This document shows positions 6,732 through 15,575 of a DNA stretch of 21,583 bases, piece after piece; the first letter of the stretch is position 1; the number at the start of each line of letters is the position of its first letter. Both the position numbers and the translations under genes were made by a program. The DNA is from Planctomycetota bacterium (GTDB lineage Bacteria > Planctomycetota > SZUA-567 > H5-PLA8), in NCBI GenBank assembly GCA_038227875.1, contig JBBRPR010000096.1, positions 1 through 21,583 on the forward strand. Reading direction: 5' to 3'. Under the pieces are notes generated by a model. The model searched no databases, had not been told where the DNA came from, and was given only the letters and a program-made list of their open reading frames with translations.

Positions 6732-8615
6732 ATGCTCCCGCGCATTCTGCTGATCGTCACACTGCTGCTGGTCTTTCTCCTTGCCATGCAAGGGTGCAAT
6801 CCCGGCATGGACTACTACACGTCCATGCAGGTTCAGAAGCTGGACGGGCAGTCGTATCTGATACTCGAAAACATGGCCTCGACGGCCGAGGGCTCCGAAC
6901 CGTATTTCAGCATCTACAAACCCGGCGACAATGGCCCTGTCGAATGGAAGCCGGTGACCACCGATCGTCTTGGCCACGCATTGGGAATTTTCCGCGTGAA
7001 GGTGGCTGAACCGGCCGCGGCGGTCACACCTCCGGCACGGGCTGGCGTGACGCCACCCAGAAGCGAAACACCGATTTCAGAAATTCAGCCGGTCACCATC
7101 GACAATCCGCCGGCCAAGACAGAAACACCGCCCGCGCCGGCGGCACCCGCGTCTCAAATGCGCCTCGGCATCTTTCACGGCGACAACGGCTCCACACGCA
7201 TTGACCTCGCGGCGACTCCGCCCACATCGACCTACAAGCGTGTCGACTTCAATTGGATTCCGCTGACCACGTCGGAACTCAACGGCGTAACCTACGCGTT
7301 CGGCGTCGATCGCTTCGAGGCGAATGACAAACGCACGGAAGCACCGCTCCGCGTCGCGCGGCTGAATGGCGAGACGTGGACCGATCTGAATCTCTCCGGC
7401 CCGGCGGTGAAGCTCAACACGCTCAAAGCATTTTCGCTCGACGCACTGGCCTTGAGTTCCGGAATCAAAGTGCTCTGGCGCAATGCCGTGGAAGATCCCG
7501 GCCTGCTGGAAGGACCGCGCTACACCACGGACGGGCCGCTGGCCATGGTCTCGTTCGACGGCAAGGATTTTGAAAAGAATCCCGCGGAAGAGGGCAAAGA
7601 CGCCAGCGTAAAGATTATCAACGTGTCCAAGCTGCCCAAGGGCAACGCTTCGCTCTGGGTGGAGCAGAACGAAATCCACGCGCTGATCCAGACCCGCCCG
7701 AAAGACGAGCAGTCGTTGTCGATGAACAGCCCGATGGAAATCTGGACCATCCAGGCGGACGGTGAAACGAAGATGGTCGAGCGGATCGAAGGCTCGCAGA
7801 GCAAGCCGGGCCTGATGGCGTTCATTGCCGCCGAACATTTCACTGACAAGGGGCAGGAGTACATCCTGCGCTCGAACTGGCAGAATTTTGAAGTGTGGCA
7901 GCGCGTCGAAGGCACCTTCAAGATGATCCGCGCCAATCCGCCGGGTCTGCCGACGTACGATCTCGAGTCGGTGCTCTGGACGGGACTGGCTGGAGCCGGT
8001 GCGCTGGTCTTATTCGGCGCGTTCCTGGCGTGGCGGCGCCGTCAGGCGTGGACGCTGATGCGCCGCATCCAGGCGCATGAAATCTATGCCACCGTCGGTT
8101 CGCGGACGGGTGCGTACCTGGTGGATCTCGCCATCATTGTTGGAGGCGCTGTGCTGTACAGCCGCCTCCGCGGATCGTACGCCAGCCCGTTCGAAATGGT
8201 CTTTCTCGATTTCTCGAAGTTGCCCTACTGGCCGTTCTTCGTCATCTACATGCTTTATTTTTCGCTGGCCGAATGGCTCTTCGGCACGACGGCCGGAAAA
8301 CTTCTGATGGGACTTTGCGTGGTGATGGATGGCGGGCAGAAGCTGTCGCTGACGTCAGCGGTGATTCGCAATCTCGTCGGATTCGTGGAGCGTATTCCAC
8401 AAATTGTGCTGGTGGTCGTCTGGCCGATGATTCTGCTGACGCCGCGGCGCCAGCGGCTGGGCGATATGCTCTCGCGCTCATTTGTGGTCCACAAAAGCGC
8501 GCTCGATATTTTCAAGCAGCAGCGCGACCAGGAACTGGCGAAGTTGCGCAGCGAAGCGCTCTCCAGCGGCGCGTTGGCGGGCAAATCCGACGAAACCAAG
8601 GACGGCAAGCCGTAA
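6732..8615 (+). CDS. RDD family membrane protein with a large N-terminal extracytoplasmic domain (probable lipoprotein)
   Basis: ATG 6732 lies 1 nt after the upstream stop. MLPRILLIVTLLLVFLLAMQG-C is lipobox-like. C-terminal RDD motifs: YATVGSRTGAYLVD, GTTAGKLLMGLCVV, IRNL, RRQRLGDMLSRSFVV. Confidence 0.85.
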   Translation: MLPRILLIVTLLLVFLLAMQGCNPGMDYYTSMQVQKLDGQSYLILENMASTAEGSEPYFSIYKPGDNGPVEWKPVTTDRLGHALGIFRVKVAEPAAAVTPPARAGVTPPRSETPISEIQPVTIDNPPAKTETPPAPAAPASQMRLGIFHGDNGSTRIDLAATPPTSTYKRVDFNWIPLTTSELNGVTYAFGVDRFEANDKRTEAPLRVARLNGETWTDLNLSGPAVKLNTLKAFSLDALALSSGIKVLWRNAVEDPGLLEGPRYTTDGPLAMVSFDGKDFEKNPAEEGKDASVKIINVSKLPKGNASLWVEQNEIHALIQTRPKDEQSLSMNSPMEIWTIQADGETKMVERIEGSQSKPGLMAFIAAEHFTDKGQEYILRSNWQNFEVWQRVEGTFKMIRANPPGLPTYDLESVLWTGLAGAGALVLFGAFLAWRRRQAWTLMRRIQAHEIYATVGSRTGAYLVDLAIIVGGAVLYSRLRGSYASPFEMVFLDFSKLPYWPFFVIYMLYFSLAEWLFGTTAGKLLMGLCVVMDGGQKLSLTSAVIRNLVGFVERIPQIVLVVVWPMILLTPRRQRLGDMLSRSFVVHKSALDIFKQQRDQELAKLRSEALSSGALAGKSDETKDGKP

Positions 8616-8617
8616 CG

Positions 8618-10579
8618 ATGAGCGCCGCGCCTCGCCCAGACGACAACGCGCCGGTCGAAGCCTGGAAGGCGTACGCCTCGGAACTCGAAGGCGGCCTGAG
8701 CGCCGCGGAGCGCCGGGCCGGATATCTGCAGCAGCAGCTCAACCGCGTGATTGGTTCGCCGCCCTGGCGGATGGCGCAGCGCCTGCGACGCTTTCTCGAC
8801 GACACGATTTTCGCGTACTCTCCGCGCCTGCGCAAACTGGTGGTGTTGACCGTCCGCAGCGGACCGGCCGCAGCCTTTGAAGCCGTGCGCACACGAACGA
8901 TGCCCGACACGAAGTTCGAAGCGTGGCTGGCGCGCAACGCGCTGACCGACGCGGGAGCGGCGGAGCTTCGCGCGAAAATCGAGGCATTGCCCGCGGAACG
9001 CAAGCCGCTGATCTCAATCCTGATTCCCGTTTACGACACGCCGCGCGAACTGCTGATCGAGGCGGTGAACTCCGTCAAAGCGCAGATCTATACGAATTGG
9101 GAACTGTGCCTCGTCGACGACAAATCGCCGTCGCCGCACATCCGGCCGCTGATGGAAAAGTTCGCGCAGGAGGATGCGCGCGTCCGGCTGCATTTCCGCG
9201 AACAGAACGGTCACATCAGCCGCACCACGCAGGACGCGCTGAACATGGCCAAGGGCGAATTCTTTGGCCTGCTGGATCATGACGATGTGATCTCGCCGGA
9301 TGCGCTGGCGCGGATGGTGTTGAAGCTTTCCGAGCATCCCGACGCGGGGATGATTTATTCCGATCGCGATCTGCTTGAAATGGACGGCCACCATACGGGT
9401 CCGTATTTCAAGCCGGATTGGAACCCCGACCTTTTCATGAGCAACATGTATCTCTGCCATCTGGGCGTGTACCGCACGGCGCTCGCGCGCGAGGTCGGCG
9501 GCTTCCGCGCCGGGTACGAGGGCAGCCAGGATTACGATTTCGTGCTGCGCCTCACTGAGAACCTGACGCCGGAACAGATCCTCCACATTCCGTACATGTG
9601 TTATTCGTGGCGGCGCGTGCCGGGATCCACCGCGCAGCGTTACGATGCGAAAGGCTACGCGGATCTTGCTTCGCGCAAGGCGCTGACCGACGCGCTGCAA
9701 CGTCGCGGCATTCAAGGTTCGGTGGAGAGCGGCAACATTCCGTCGCAGTTTCGCGTGCGCCGCACGATTCAGGGATCGCCGCTGGTTTCCATCTTGATTC
9801 CGTTTCGTGACCGCGCCGATTATTTGAAGCGCTGCATCTACTCGATCCGCAATCTCACGGCGTACCCCAACTACGAATTCATCCTGCTCGACAACGGCAG
9901 CACCGAGGACGCCACGCGGCAACTGCTGGAAGAAGAGCAGCGCGAATCGCGGGTGAAGGTGATCCGCATCGACGAACCGTTCAACTACTCGCGGATCAAC
10001 AACCGCGGAGCGCGCGAAGCCTCGGGCGAGCACCTGCTGCTGTTGAACAATGACACCGAAGTGCTGGAGCCGGAGTGGCTGAGCGCGATGCTCGAACACA
10101 GTCAACGCCCAGAAGTCGGCGCTGTCGGCGCGAAGCTTCTCTATCCCGACGGCCGGGTGCAGCATGCCGGCGTGATCGTCGGCGTCGGCGAGGTCGCCGG
10201 GCACGCCTTCCGCTTTTATCCAGGCGCGGATCCGGGCTACTACGGGAGTGCGTCGGCGATCCGCAATTATTCAGCGGTGACCGCCGCGTGCATGATGACG
10301 CGGAAAAATGTTTTTCTCGAAGCCGGCGGCTTGAACGAAACGGACCTGGCAGTCGCGTACAACGACGTCGACTACTGTCTGCGCCTGCGCGAGAAGGGTC
10401 TGCTGATCGTTTACACGCCCTACGCGAAGTTGCGGCATTACGAATCGATCAGCCGGGGATTGTCAAACAACCCGCGCGAATCCGCGTACATGTGCCGCCG
10501 CTGGGCGAAGTACATGCCGGACCCGAACTACAACCCGCACTTGAGCCAGGTCGATGAGGACTTTTCGATCGGCGTCTAA
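8618..10579 (+). CDS. Glycosyltransferase family 2 with two GT-A domains (RfbC-like O-antigen/polysaccharide type)
   Basis: Domain 1: PLISILIPVYD, WELCLVDDKS, LLDHDD, EGSQDYD. Domain 2: PLVSILIPFRD, LLLLNNDTEV, YNDVDYCLR. Start moved to ATG 8618, 2 nt after the RDD stop. Confidence 0.92.
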   Translation: MSAAPRPDDNAPVEAWKAYASELEGGLSAAERRAGYLQQQLNRVIGSPPWRMAQRLRRFLDDTIFAYSPRLRKLVVLTVRSGPAAAFEAVRTRTMPDTKFEAWLARNALTDAGAAELRAKIEALPAERKPLISILIPVYDTPRELLIEAVNSVKAQIYTNWELCLVDDKSPSPHIRPLMEKFAQEDARVRLHFREQNGHISRTTQDALNMAKGEFFGLLDHDDVISPDALARMVLKLSEHPDAGMIYSDRDLLEMDGHHTGPYFKPDWNPDLFMSNMYLCHLGVYRTALAREVGGFRAGYEGSQDYDFVLRLTENLTPEQILHIPYMCYSWRRVPGSTAQRYDAKGYADLASRKALTDALQRRGIQGSVESGNIPSQFRVRRTIQGSPLVSILIPFRDRADYLKRCIYSIRNLTAYPNYEFILLDNGSTEDATRQLLEEEQRESRVKVIRIDEPFNYSRINNRGAREASGEHLLLLNNDTEVLEPEWLSAMLEHSQRPEVGAVGAKLLYPDGRVQHAGVIVGVGEVAGHAFRFYPGADPGYYGSASAIRNYSAVTAACMMTRKNVFLEAGGLNETDLAVAYNDVDYCLRLREKGLLIVYTPYAKLRHYESISRGLSNNPRESAYMCRRWAKYMPDPNYNPHLSQVDEDFSIGV

Positions 10580-10582
10580 TTG

Positions 10583-11578
10583 TTACCCGGCAGTAGCGCG
10601 CAGGTTTTTCGCGTCGTCTTCCAGCACCAACGCCCAGCGCCGGTCGAGAATCTTTTGAATCTTCGCCATCACATCCGGAGTCAGTGTCACGCCACTGGCT
10701 GAAACATTTTCTTCCAGCTGCGCGGGGGTGGTGGCGCCAACGATGGCCGAGGTGATGGTCTTGTTGTCCAGCACCCAGGCCAGGGCCAGCCGCGAGAGCG
10801 GCATTCCGGCGGACGCGGCAAGTTCCTGCAGTTCCTTCACGGCCTGCTGATTGTATTCGACCAGGAAACGCGCGCGGTAGTCGCCGTTGTTGTCGCCACG
10901 CGAACCGGGCGGAACGACTCCGCCGGCGTATTTTCCCGTCAGCAACCCCTGTGCAAGCGGGGAGTAGACGATCACGCCCAATCCGTGCGCAGCGCAGGCC
11001 ATCAATTCGTCCTTTTCTGGCTGGCGCACAAACATGTTGTAGCGCGGCTGCAAACTCGCCGGCTGATCAAAGCCGCGCGACTGGCAGAGCGAGACTGCGT
11101 CTTTGATCTGCTGGCCGGACCAGTTGGAAATGCCCCAGTAGTGAACTTTACCCTGCCGGCAGAGGTCGTCGAAGGCGCGGCACGTTTCGTCCAGCGGGGT
11201 CTCCGCGTCAAAATAATGAAGCTGGTAGAGATCGATGTAGTCGGTCTTGAGCCTGCGCAGCGAAGCATGGCAGGCTTCCATCACGTGTTTGCGGCAGGCG
11301 CCCCGCCCGTTGATCGCCTTGTCCAGGCCGAATCCCAGCTTGGTGGCGACAACCACGGCGCTGCGCGGAATGCTCTGCAGCACGGTTCCAACAATTTCCT
11401 CGGCCTGTCCGCCCTGGTAGACATCTGCGGTGTCGAAAAGATTGATACCCAACTCGAACGCGCGTTTGTGACAGGCGATGGAATTCTCTGCCGCGTATTT
11501 TCCACCCGCTGTGATCCACGACCCATAGGAGATTTCTGAAACTTTGACACCGGCACGGCCAAGACGGCGATAGAGCAT
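10583..11578 (-). CDS. Aldo/keto reductase (Kv-beta-like subfamily)
   Basis: YRRLGRAGVKVSEISYGSW, FDTADVY, VVATK, SLRRLKTDYIDLYQLH, YSPLAQGLLTGKY. RBS GGAGG. Confidence 0.95.
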   Translation of the reverse strand: MLYRRLGRAGVKVSEISYGSWITAGGKYAAENSIACHKRAFELGINLFDTADVYQGGQAEEIVGTVLQSIPRSAVVVATKLGFGLDKAINGRGACRKHVMEACHASLRRLKTDYIDLYQLHYFDAETPLDETCRAFDDLCRQGKVHYWGISNWSGQQIKDAVSLCQSRGFDQPASLQPRYNMFVRQPEKDELMACAAHGLGVIVYSPLAQGLLTGKYAGGVVPPGSRGDNNGDYRARFLVEYNQQAVKELQELAASAGMPLSRLALAWVLDNKTITSAIVGATTPAQLEENVSASGVTLTPDVMAKIQKILDRRWALVLEDDAKNLRATAG

Positions 11579-11599
11579 GGCGACCTCCGAGATTGGATT

Positions 11600-12340
11600 T
11601 CAGCGTTCAGTGGAAAGGGGCAGTTCCGCCACGGCTATCAACGAGATGCCAAACGGCAGCGACAGACTTCCCAGGACGTGGCGTTCGCTGGAGAACAGCG
11701 CGCGCAACATGGAATTGATGGCCTCCGGCGGCGTGCCGAGATCGTCGGTGTCCTTCTTCATGGATTTTTTGAGCAGGCGCACGCCGGCGACCAGCGGAAA
11801 AAGCAGCGCGTTGTAGTAGCTGATGAATTTGATCGAAAGTCCCGCGCCGCGAATCACGGTGCTCAGTCCCTCACGCAAATAGCGGCGCTTGTGGTGATGC
11901 GTATCGTCGTGGCGCGCCCAGAGAAACGGAAACGCAGGTACAGTGATCACCACCCGCCCACCGGGCTTCAGCCGGGCGACGAGCGCTTTGAGCGAACCGT
12001 TGTCGTCGTCAAGGTGTTCGAGCACATCGGTAAGCACGACCAGGTCAAATTGCTTGGGCGCGAAAGGAATCTCGTCGGGCAGGCGGCCAGGTTCGATTGT
12101 GCCGATGCCGCGGTCAATCGCGTACTGGCGCGCGAGGTCGTCGAGTTCCGTGCCGTACACCTTGCCGTATTGCGCGAGCATTGCCAGATTGCCGCCGGTC
12201 CCGCAACCGGCTTCCAGAATCTCGGCATTGTGCGGCAGGTGGAGACTGGCGATGACCGTGTCGACAATTTTACGCCGGCCCGCGAACCACCAGTGGTATT
12301 CCTCGATCCGGACCATCTGGTGAAAAATATCTTTGTCCAT
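11600..12340 (-). CDS. Class I SAM-dependent methyltransferase
   Basis: Motif I ILEAGCGTGG; DVLEHLDDD; LKPGG. HWWFAGRR and HHKRRY motifs mark the glycan-cluster-associated methyltransferases. Confidence 0.92.
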   Translation of the reverse strand: MDKDIFHQMVRIEEYHWWFAGRRKIVDTVIASLHLPHNAEILEAGCGTGGNLAMLAQYGKVYGTELDDLARQYAIDRGIGTIEPGRLPDEIPFAPKQFDLVVLTDVLEHLDDDNGSLKALVARLKPGGRVVITVPAFPFLWARHDDTHHHKRRYLREGLSTVIRGAGLSIKFISYYNALLFPLVAGVRLLKKSMKKDTDDLGTPPEAINSMLRALFSSERHVLGSLSLPFGISLIAVAELPLSTER

Positions 12341-12368
12341 CGTGAAGAACGGATCTCGGAGAAGAGTT

Positions 12369-13316
12369 TCAGCAGCCGTGCTTGTCGCGGACGAGGTAGA
12401 GCGGCCGGCCCTTGACCTCGTTGTAAATGCGCGCCATGTATTCGCCCAGCACGCCGAGTGTAATCAATTGGATGCCGCCAAGAAAGAGCACGGCCACCAT
12501 CAAGGATGGATATCCGGCAACGTTATTGCCGTAAACAATTTTCAAAACGATCAGAAACAAGGCGTACAGAAAGGCGCAGAATGAAACGAATGTGCCGACG
12601 TACGTCCACACGCGCAGGGGAATCGAACTGAAGCCGGTAATGCCGTCGAGCGCGAAGTTCCAGAGCTTCCAGTAATTCCACTTCGTCGTGCCGGCGTGGC
12701 GTTTTTCGCGATCGTACATCACAGCCGTTTGCTTGAAGCCGACCCACGCAAACAGACCCTTCATGAAGCGATTGCGTTCGGGCATGCGCATCAGCGCGTC
12801 GACGGCCTTGCGATCCATCAGCCGGAAGTCGCCGGTGTTGCGCGGCATTTTGACGTCGGACATCGAGTCGAAGAGTTTGTAGAACAAATACGCCGTCACG
12901 CGCTTGAAAATACCCTCGCCCTGGCGAGAACGGCGCGTGGCGTAGACCACTTCGAAACCCGCGCGCCACTGCTTGACCATTTCTTCGATCAGCTCCGGCG
13001 GGTCCTGCAAATCCGAATCGATGGGGATCACGGCCGCGCCCTTGGCGTGATCTATGCCGGCCGTCAGCGCGATGTCTTTGCCGAAGTTGCGTGAGAGATC
13101 CACGACCTTGATCGCCGGATTCTTCTCCCGGTGCGCGAGCAGACCGGCGAACGTGCCGTCGCGGCTGCCGTCGTTGACGCAGACGATCTCGTAGGTCACC
13201 CCGAGTTTCTTGAGCGCGCCGTTGAGGCGCTCAAAGAAATAGTCGAGGTTCTCCGCCTCATTGAACATGGGCGCGACGACGGAAAGTTCGACCCGTGGTG
13301 TTTCGTTGGAATCCAT
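12369..13316 (-). CDS. GtrB/YkoT-like polyprenol-phosphate glycosyltransferase (GT2, two C-terminal TM helices)
   Basis: LSVVAPMFNE, VNDGSRD, LSRNFGK, IDSDLQDPPE, GDFRLMDR, ERNRFMKGLFAWVG, GEYMARIYNEVKGRPLY. Start is 13316 or 13328. Confidence 0.92.
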   Translation of the reverse strand: MDSNETPRVELSVVAPMFNEAENLDYFFERLNGALKKLGVTYEIVCVNDGSRDGTFAGLLAHREKNPAIKVVDLSRNFGKDIALTAGIDHAKGAAVIPIDSDLQDPPELIEEMVKQWRAGFEVVYATRRSRQGEGIFKRVTAYLFYKLFDSMSDVKMPRNTGDFRLMDRKAVDALMRMPERNRFMKGLFAWVGFKQTAVMYDREKRHAGTTKWNYWKLWNFALDGITGFSSIPLRVWTYVGTFVSFCAFLYALFLIVLKIVYGNNVAGYPSLMVAVLFLGGIQLITLGVLGEYMARIYNEVKGRPLYLVRDKHGC

Positions 13317-13374
13317 TTTGGTCAGCATCGTATCGCGGACGGCCCGCCCGCAAGTGCGCAATTGTCCTGGCAGC

Positions 13375-13422
13375 GTTGACTTCTAACCATGTCGTAAATT
13401 TACGACGGGGTTAGAAGTCAAC
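13375..13422. repeat. 48-bp near-perfect palindrome
   Basis: GTTGACTTCTAACC-AT-GTCGTAAA|TTTACGAC-GG-GGTTAGAAGTCAAC: 22 of 24 pairs are Watson-Crick and there is no central spacer. Confidence 0.85.
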
Positions 13423-13431
13423 AGTCGCGAG

Positions 13432-15120
13432 CTACACATGCGCCGGCTCGGCTTTTTTGGCCAACGGGTCTGACAATTCCGGCGACCACGATGTCGCGCG
13501 GTTTCGGCCGTTTTGTTTGCTGGCGTAGAGCGCGCGGTCGGCTCGGCTGATCAGCGCTTCGCCGGTCAGGCCGGACTGATGCTGCGCGATGCCCAGCGAA
13601 ATGGTGATCGGAACGACCTGGCCTTTTTCGCCGAGGAACGTCGATTTCTGAATCGCAGCGCGCAGCCGTTCGGCCATTTGTTCGGCGGCTTCGAGATTGG
13701 CGTTGGGGAGCAGCAGCGCCATTTCCTCGCCGCCGTAGCGGAAGGCGATGTCGCCACCGCGCAGTCCTTTTCGCAACACAGCGGCGACGCCCTTCAAAAT
13801 CATGTCGCCAGAAAGATGACCATGGTTGTCGTTCACTTTTTTGAAGTGATCGATGTCGCAGAGCACCAGGCAGAAGCCCTGGCCTTGCGAGGCGGATTCC
13901 GCGCGCAGCTTTTCCAGCGTCACCAGGAAATGCCGCTTGATGAAGAGGCTGGTCAGGCCGTCGGTGATCGCCTTGCGGTCGTCTTCGTCCTTCTTCATGG
14001 CGAGAGCAATGTGCTTGGCCGACTCGAGCAGCAGTTCTTCGAGCGCCTCGGCTTCCGGGCCGCTGAATCCGTCCAGCGAGCGGCGGATGCGCAGCACGCC
14101 GACGGGTTTCTGATCGGCAATGAGCGGCACGCACAACACCAGGCCGTCCCCCACCCCGCTCTGGGTGGCGGCGGGCACGCCATCCTGGCGCACGGTCCGG
14201 CGGCGTTCCAACGCTTGAGCGGCAAACGCGCACGCCGCGGAGCTGTAATCGATTTTCGCCAGGCCGCCTTCGAGAATTTCGGCCGGGTCGCTGGACGTCA
14301 GCAGATCGTGATTGGCCTGCGTGCCGCGCCGCCATTGCGCCTTGGCGACGTCGGTGCCGCGGAATTCGAGAATGCCTTCGACGTACAGATGGCAGCCTTC
14401 GCGCGCGATCGTCGCGGAATTCCGTGCCACGCGCATGCGGCTTTCGACGCTGTTCATCAGGCGCGTCGGTCGCTTCTGATCGCCGTGGCTGGTGCTTTCC
14501 GCGGCATCGGCATTGAGCGCCTGAATCAATTCATCGGTGTCGAACGCGACGAAGATCTCTTCCTTGTTCGTGATGCGCAAGCACGCGGCCGGCTGCACGG
14601 AATTTCCGCCGGACGCTGCGAAGAGCGAAACTTCGCGCGCTTCAAAGAGATCGGCCAGCAGGGTCAGGATGCGGTGGAGCCGTTCGTGGCGTTGCGGGAT
14701 CCCCGTCGAGCGGTGGATTTCGCGCATCAAGGCGAGGCCTTCGGCTTGCGCGCGCAGGCGGCGCACCTGCATCATCGCGACGTCACGCTGGGCCTGGGCG
14801 CGCAGGACTTCCTGGGCGGCCTGCGCCATGTCTTTGCGATTTTTTGCGGCCTCGTAAGCGGCGACGCAGATGCCGACGCCCGCTCCGCCCACCAGCAATG
14901 CCACGGGCAGCGTGGCGTCATGCATGGGATTGAGCGGCGATTTGAAACCCAGGCGCGCAGCCGCAGCGGCCAGACCGCTGGCGACGAGAATTCCGCCCGC
15001 GGCAAACGGCGCGGCAGCTTCGACCCGGAGAATCAGCGACGCAACGGTTCCACCCGCAGCAGCGGCTCGAGACGCTGGACCAGGGCTTTTGTCACGCCGG
15101 GGACGTCGCTCAGTTCCCAT
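13432..15120 (-). CDS. Membrane-anchored GAF-GGDEF diguanylate cyclase
   Basis: Two N-terminal hydrophobic segments, a coiled coil and a GAF-like region (LCVPLIADQKPVGVLRI). GGDEF domain: TDGLTSLF, DIDHFKKVNDNHGHLSGD, I-site RGGD, A-site RYGGEE. Start uncertain because it overlaps the upstream gene. Confidence 0.9.
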   Translation of the reverse strand: MGTERRPRRDKSPGPASRAAAAGGTVASLILRVEAAAPFAAGGILVASGLAAAAARLGFKSPLNPMHDATLPVALLVGGAGVGICVAAYEAAKNRKDMAQAAQEVLRAQAQRDVAMMQVRRLRAQAEGLALMREIHRSTGIPQRHERLHRILTLLADLFEAREVSLFAASGGNSVQPAACLRITNKEEIFVAFDTDELIQALNADAAESTSHGDQKRPTRLMNSVESRMRVARNSATIAREGCHLYVEGILEFRGTDVAKAQWRRGTQANHDLLTSSDPAEILEGGLAKIDYSSAACAFAAQALERRRTVRQDGVPAATQSGVGDGLVLCVPLIADQKPVGVLRIRRSLDGFSGPEAEALEELLLESAKHIALAMKKDEDDRKAITDGLTSLFIKRHFLVTLEKLRAESASQGQGFCLVLCDIDHFKKVNDNHGHLSGDMILKGVAAVLRKGLRGGDIAFRYGGEEMALLLPNANLEAAEQMAERLRAAIQKSTFLGEKGQVVPITISLGIAQHQSGLTGEALISRADRALYASKQNGRNRATSWSPELSDPLAKKAEPAHV

Positions 15121-15446
15121 ATCGTATGAAAGGCTCCGCGCTTCTCGCGCTCTTTCAAAATCGCCCGCGCCCGTGACGCGCCGATGCCCGGCAACAGTTC
15201 CAATTCCGCTTCAGTGGCGGCATTGACATCCAGACGCCACGCCGACGATCCTAGTTCTCCACCGTTGCGTTGAACGGTGGCGACCGGCTGCATGCGGATT
15301 TCGGCCACGGCGCCGACGTTGCGCCTGCCGATCAACGGTCCTATGCCAACGAGGAAGACGAAAAGCGTCCACGCTGCCAGCTCGGAACGCCTCAGGCCCC
15401 ACAGCTCAGAGTAAGGGACATCCACATCTACCATCGGAATTTTCAC
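15033..15446 (-). CDS. comEA: ComEA-family helix-hairpin-helix DNA-binding protein
   Basis: TM segment LAAWTLFVFLVGIGPLI followed by LDVNAATEAELELLPGIGASRARAIL..REKRGAF....L..VPGV. Confidence 0.85.
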   Translation of the reverse strand: MKIPMVDVDVPYSELWGLRRSELAAWTLFVFLVGIGPLIGRRNVGAVAEIRMQPVATVQRNGGELGSSAWRLDVNAATEAELELLPGIGASRARAILKEREKRGAFHTIWELSDVPGVTKALVQRLEPLLRVEPLRR

Positions 15447-15539
15447 CGCGCCTCTTTAAGGGTTCTGTTTTACCACAGACAAGATTCGCAGAAATATGCT
15501 AATTCATCATACAGTTGCACTTATGCGCGTGTGCATTTC

Positions 15540-15568
15540 TTGACTCTATTCTTCTAAAGCCATACGAT
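15540..15568 (+). promoter_or_regulatory. Sigma70-type promoter of the Fur-family gene
   Basis: TTGACT-N17-TACGAT, near consensus. ATG 15576 follows 7 nt after the -10 element. Confidence 0.7.
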
Positions 15569-15575
15569 AGTGCGC

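Noticed and set aside
4823..6808. 661-aa minus-strand ORF
   Set aside because: Antisense shadow of the 628-aa secreted protein; R/Q/H-rich with no motifs, as expected in GC-rich DNA.
8273..8617. 115-aa N-terminal extension of the GT2 ORF
   Set aside because: Overlaps the RDD gene in another frame; ATG 8618 directly after the RDD stop is more plausible.
9014..10204. 396-aa minus-strand ORF
   Set aside because: Antisense shadow of the GT2 gene.
13513..15129. 538-aa plus-strand ORF
   Set aside because: Antisense to the GGDEF cyclase and has no recognisable domain.
15490..15540. Fur box upstream of the Fur-family gene
   Set aside because: AT-rich with a weak TGCAC...GTGCA dyad, but no convincing match to GATAATGATAATCATTATC.
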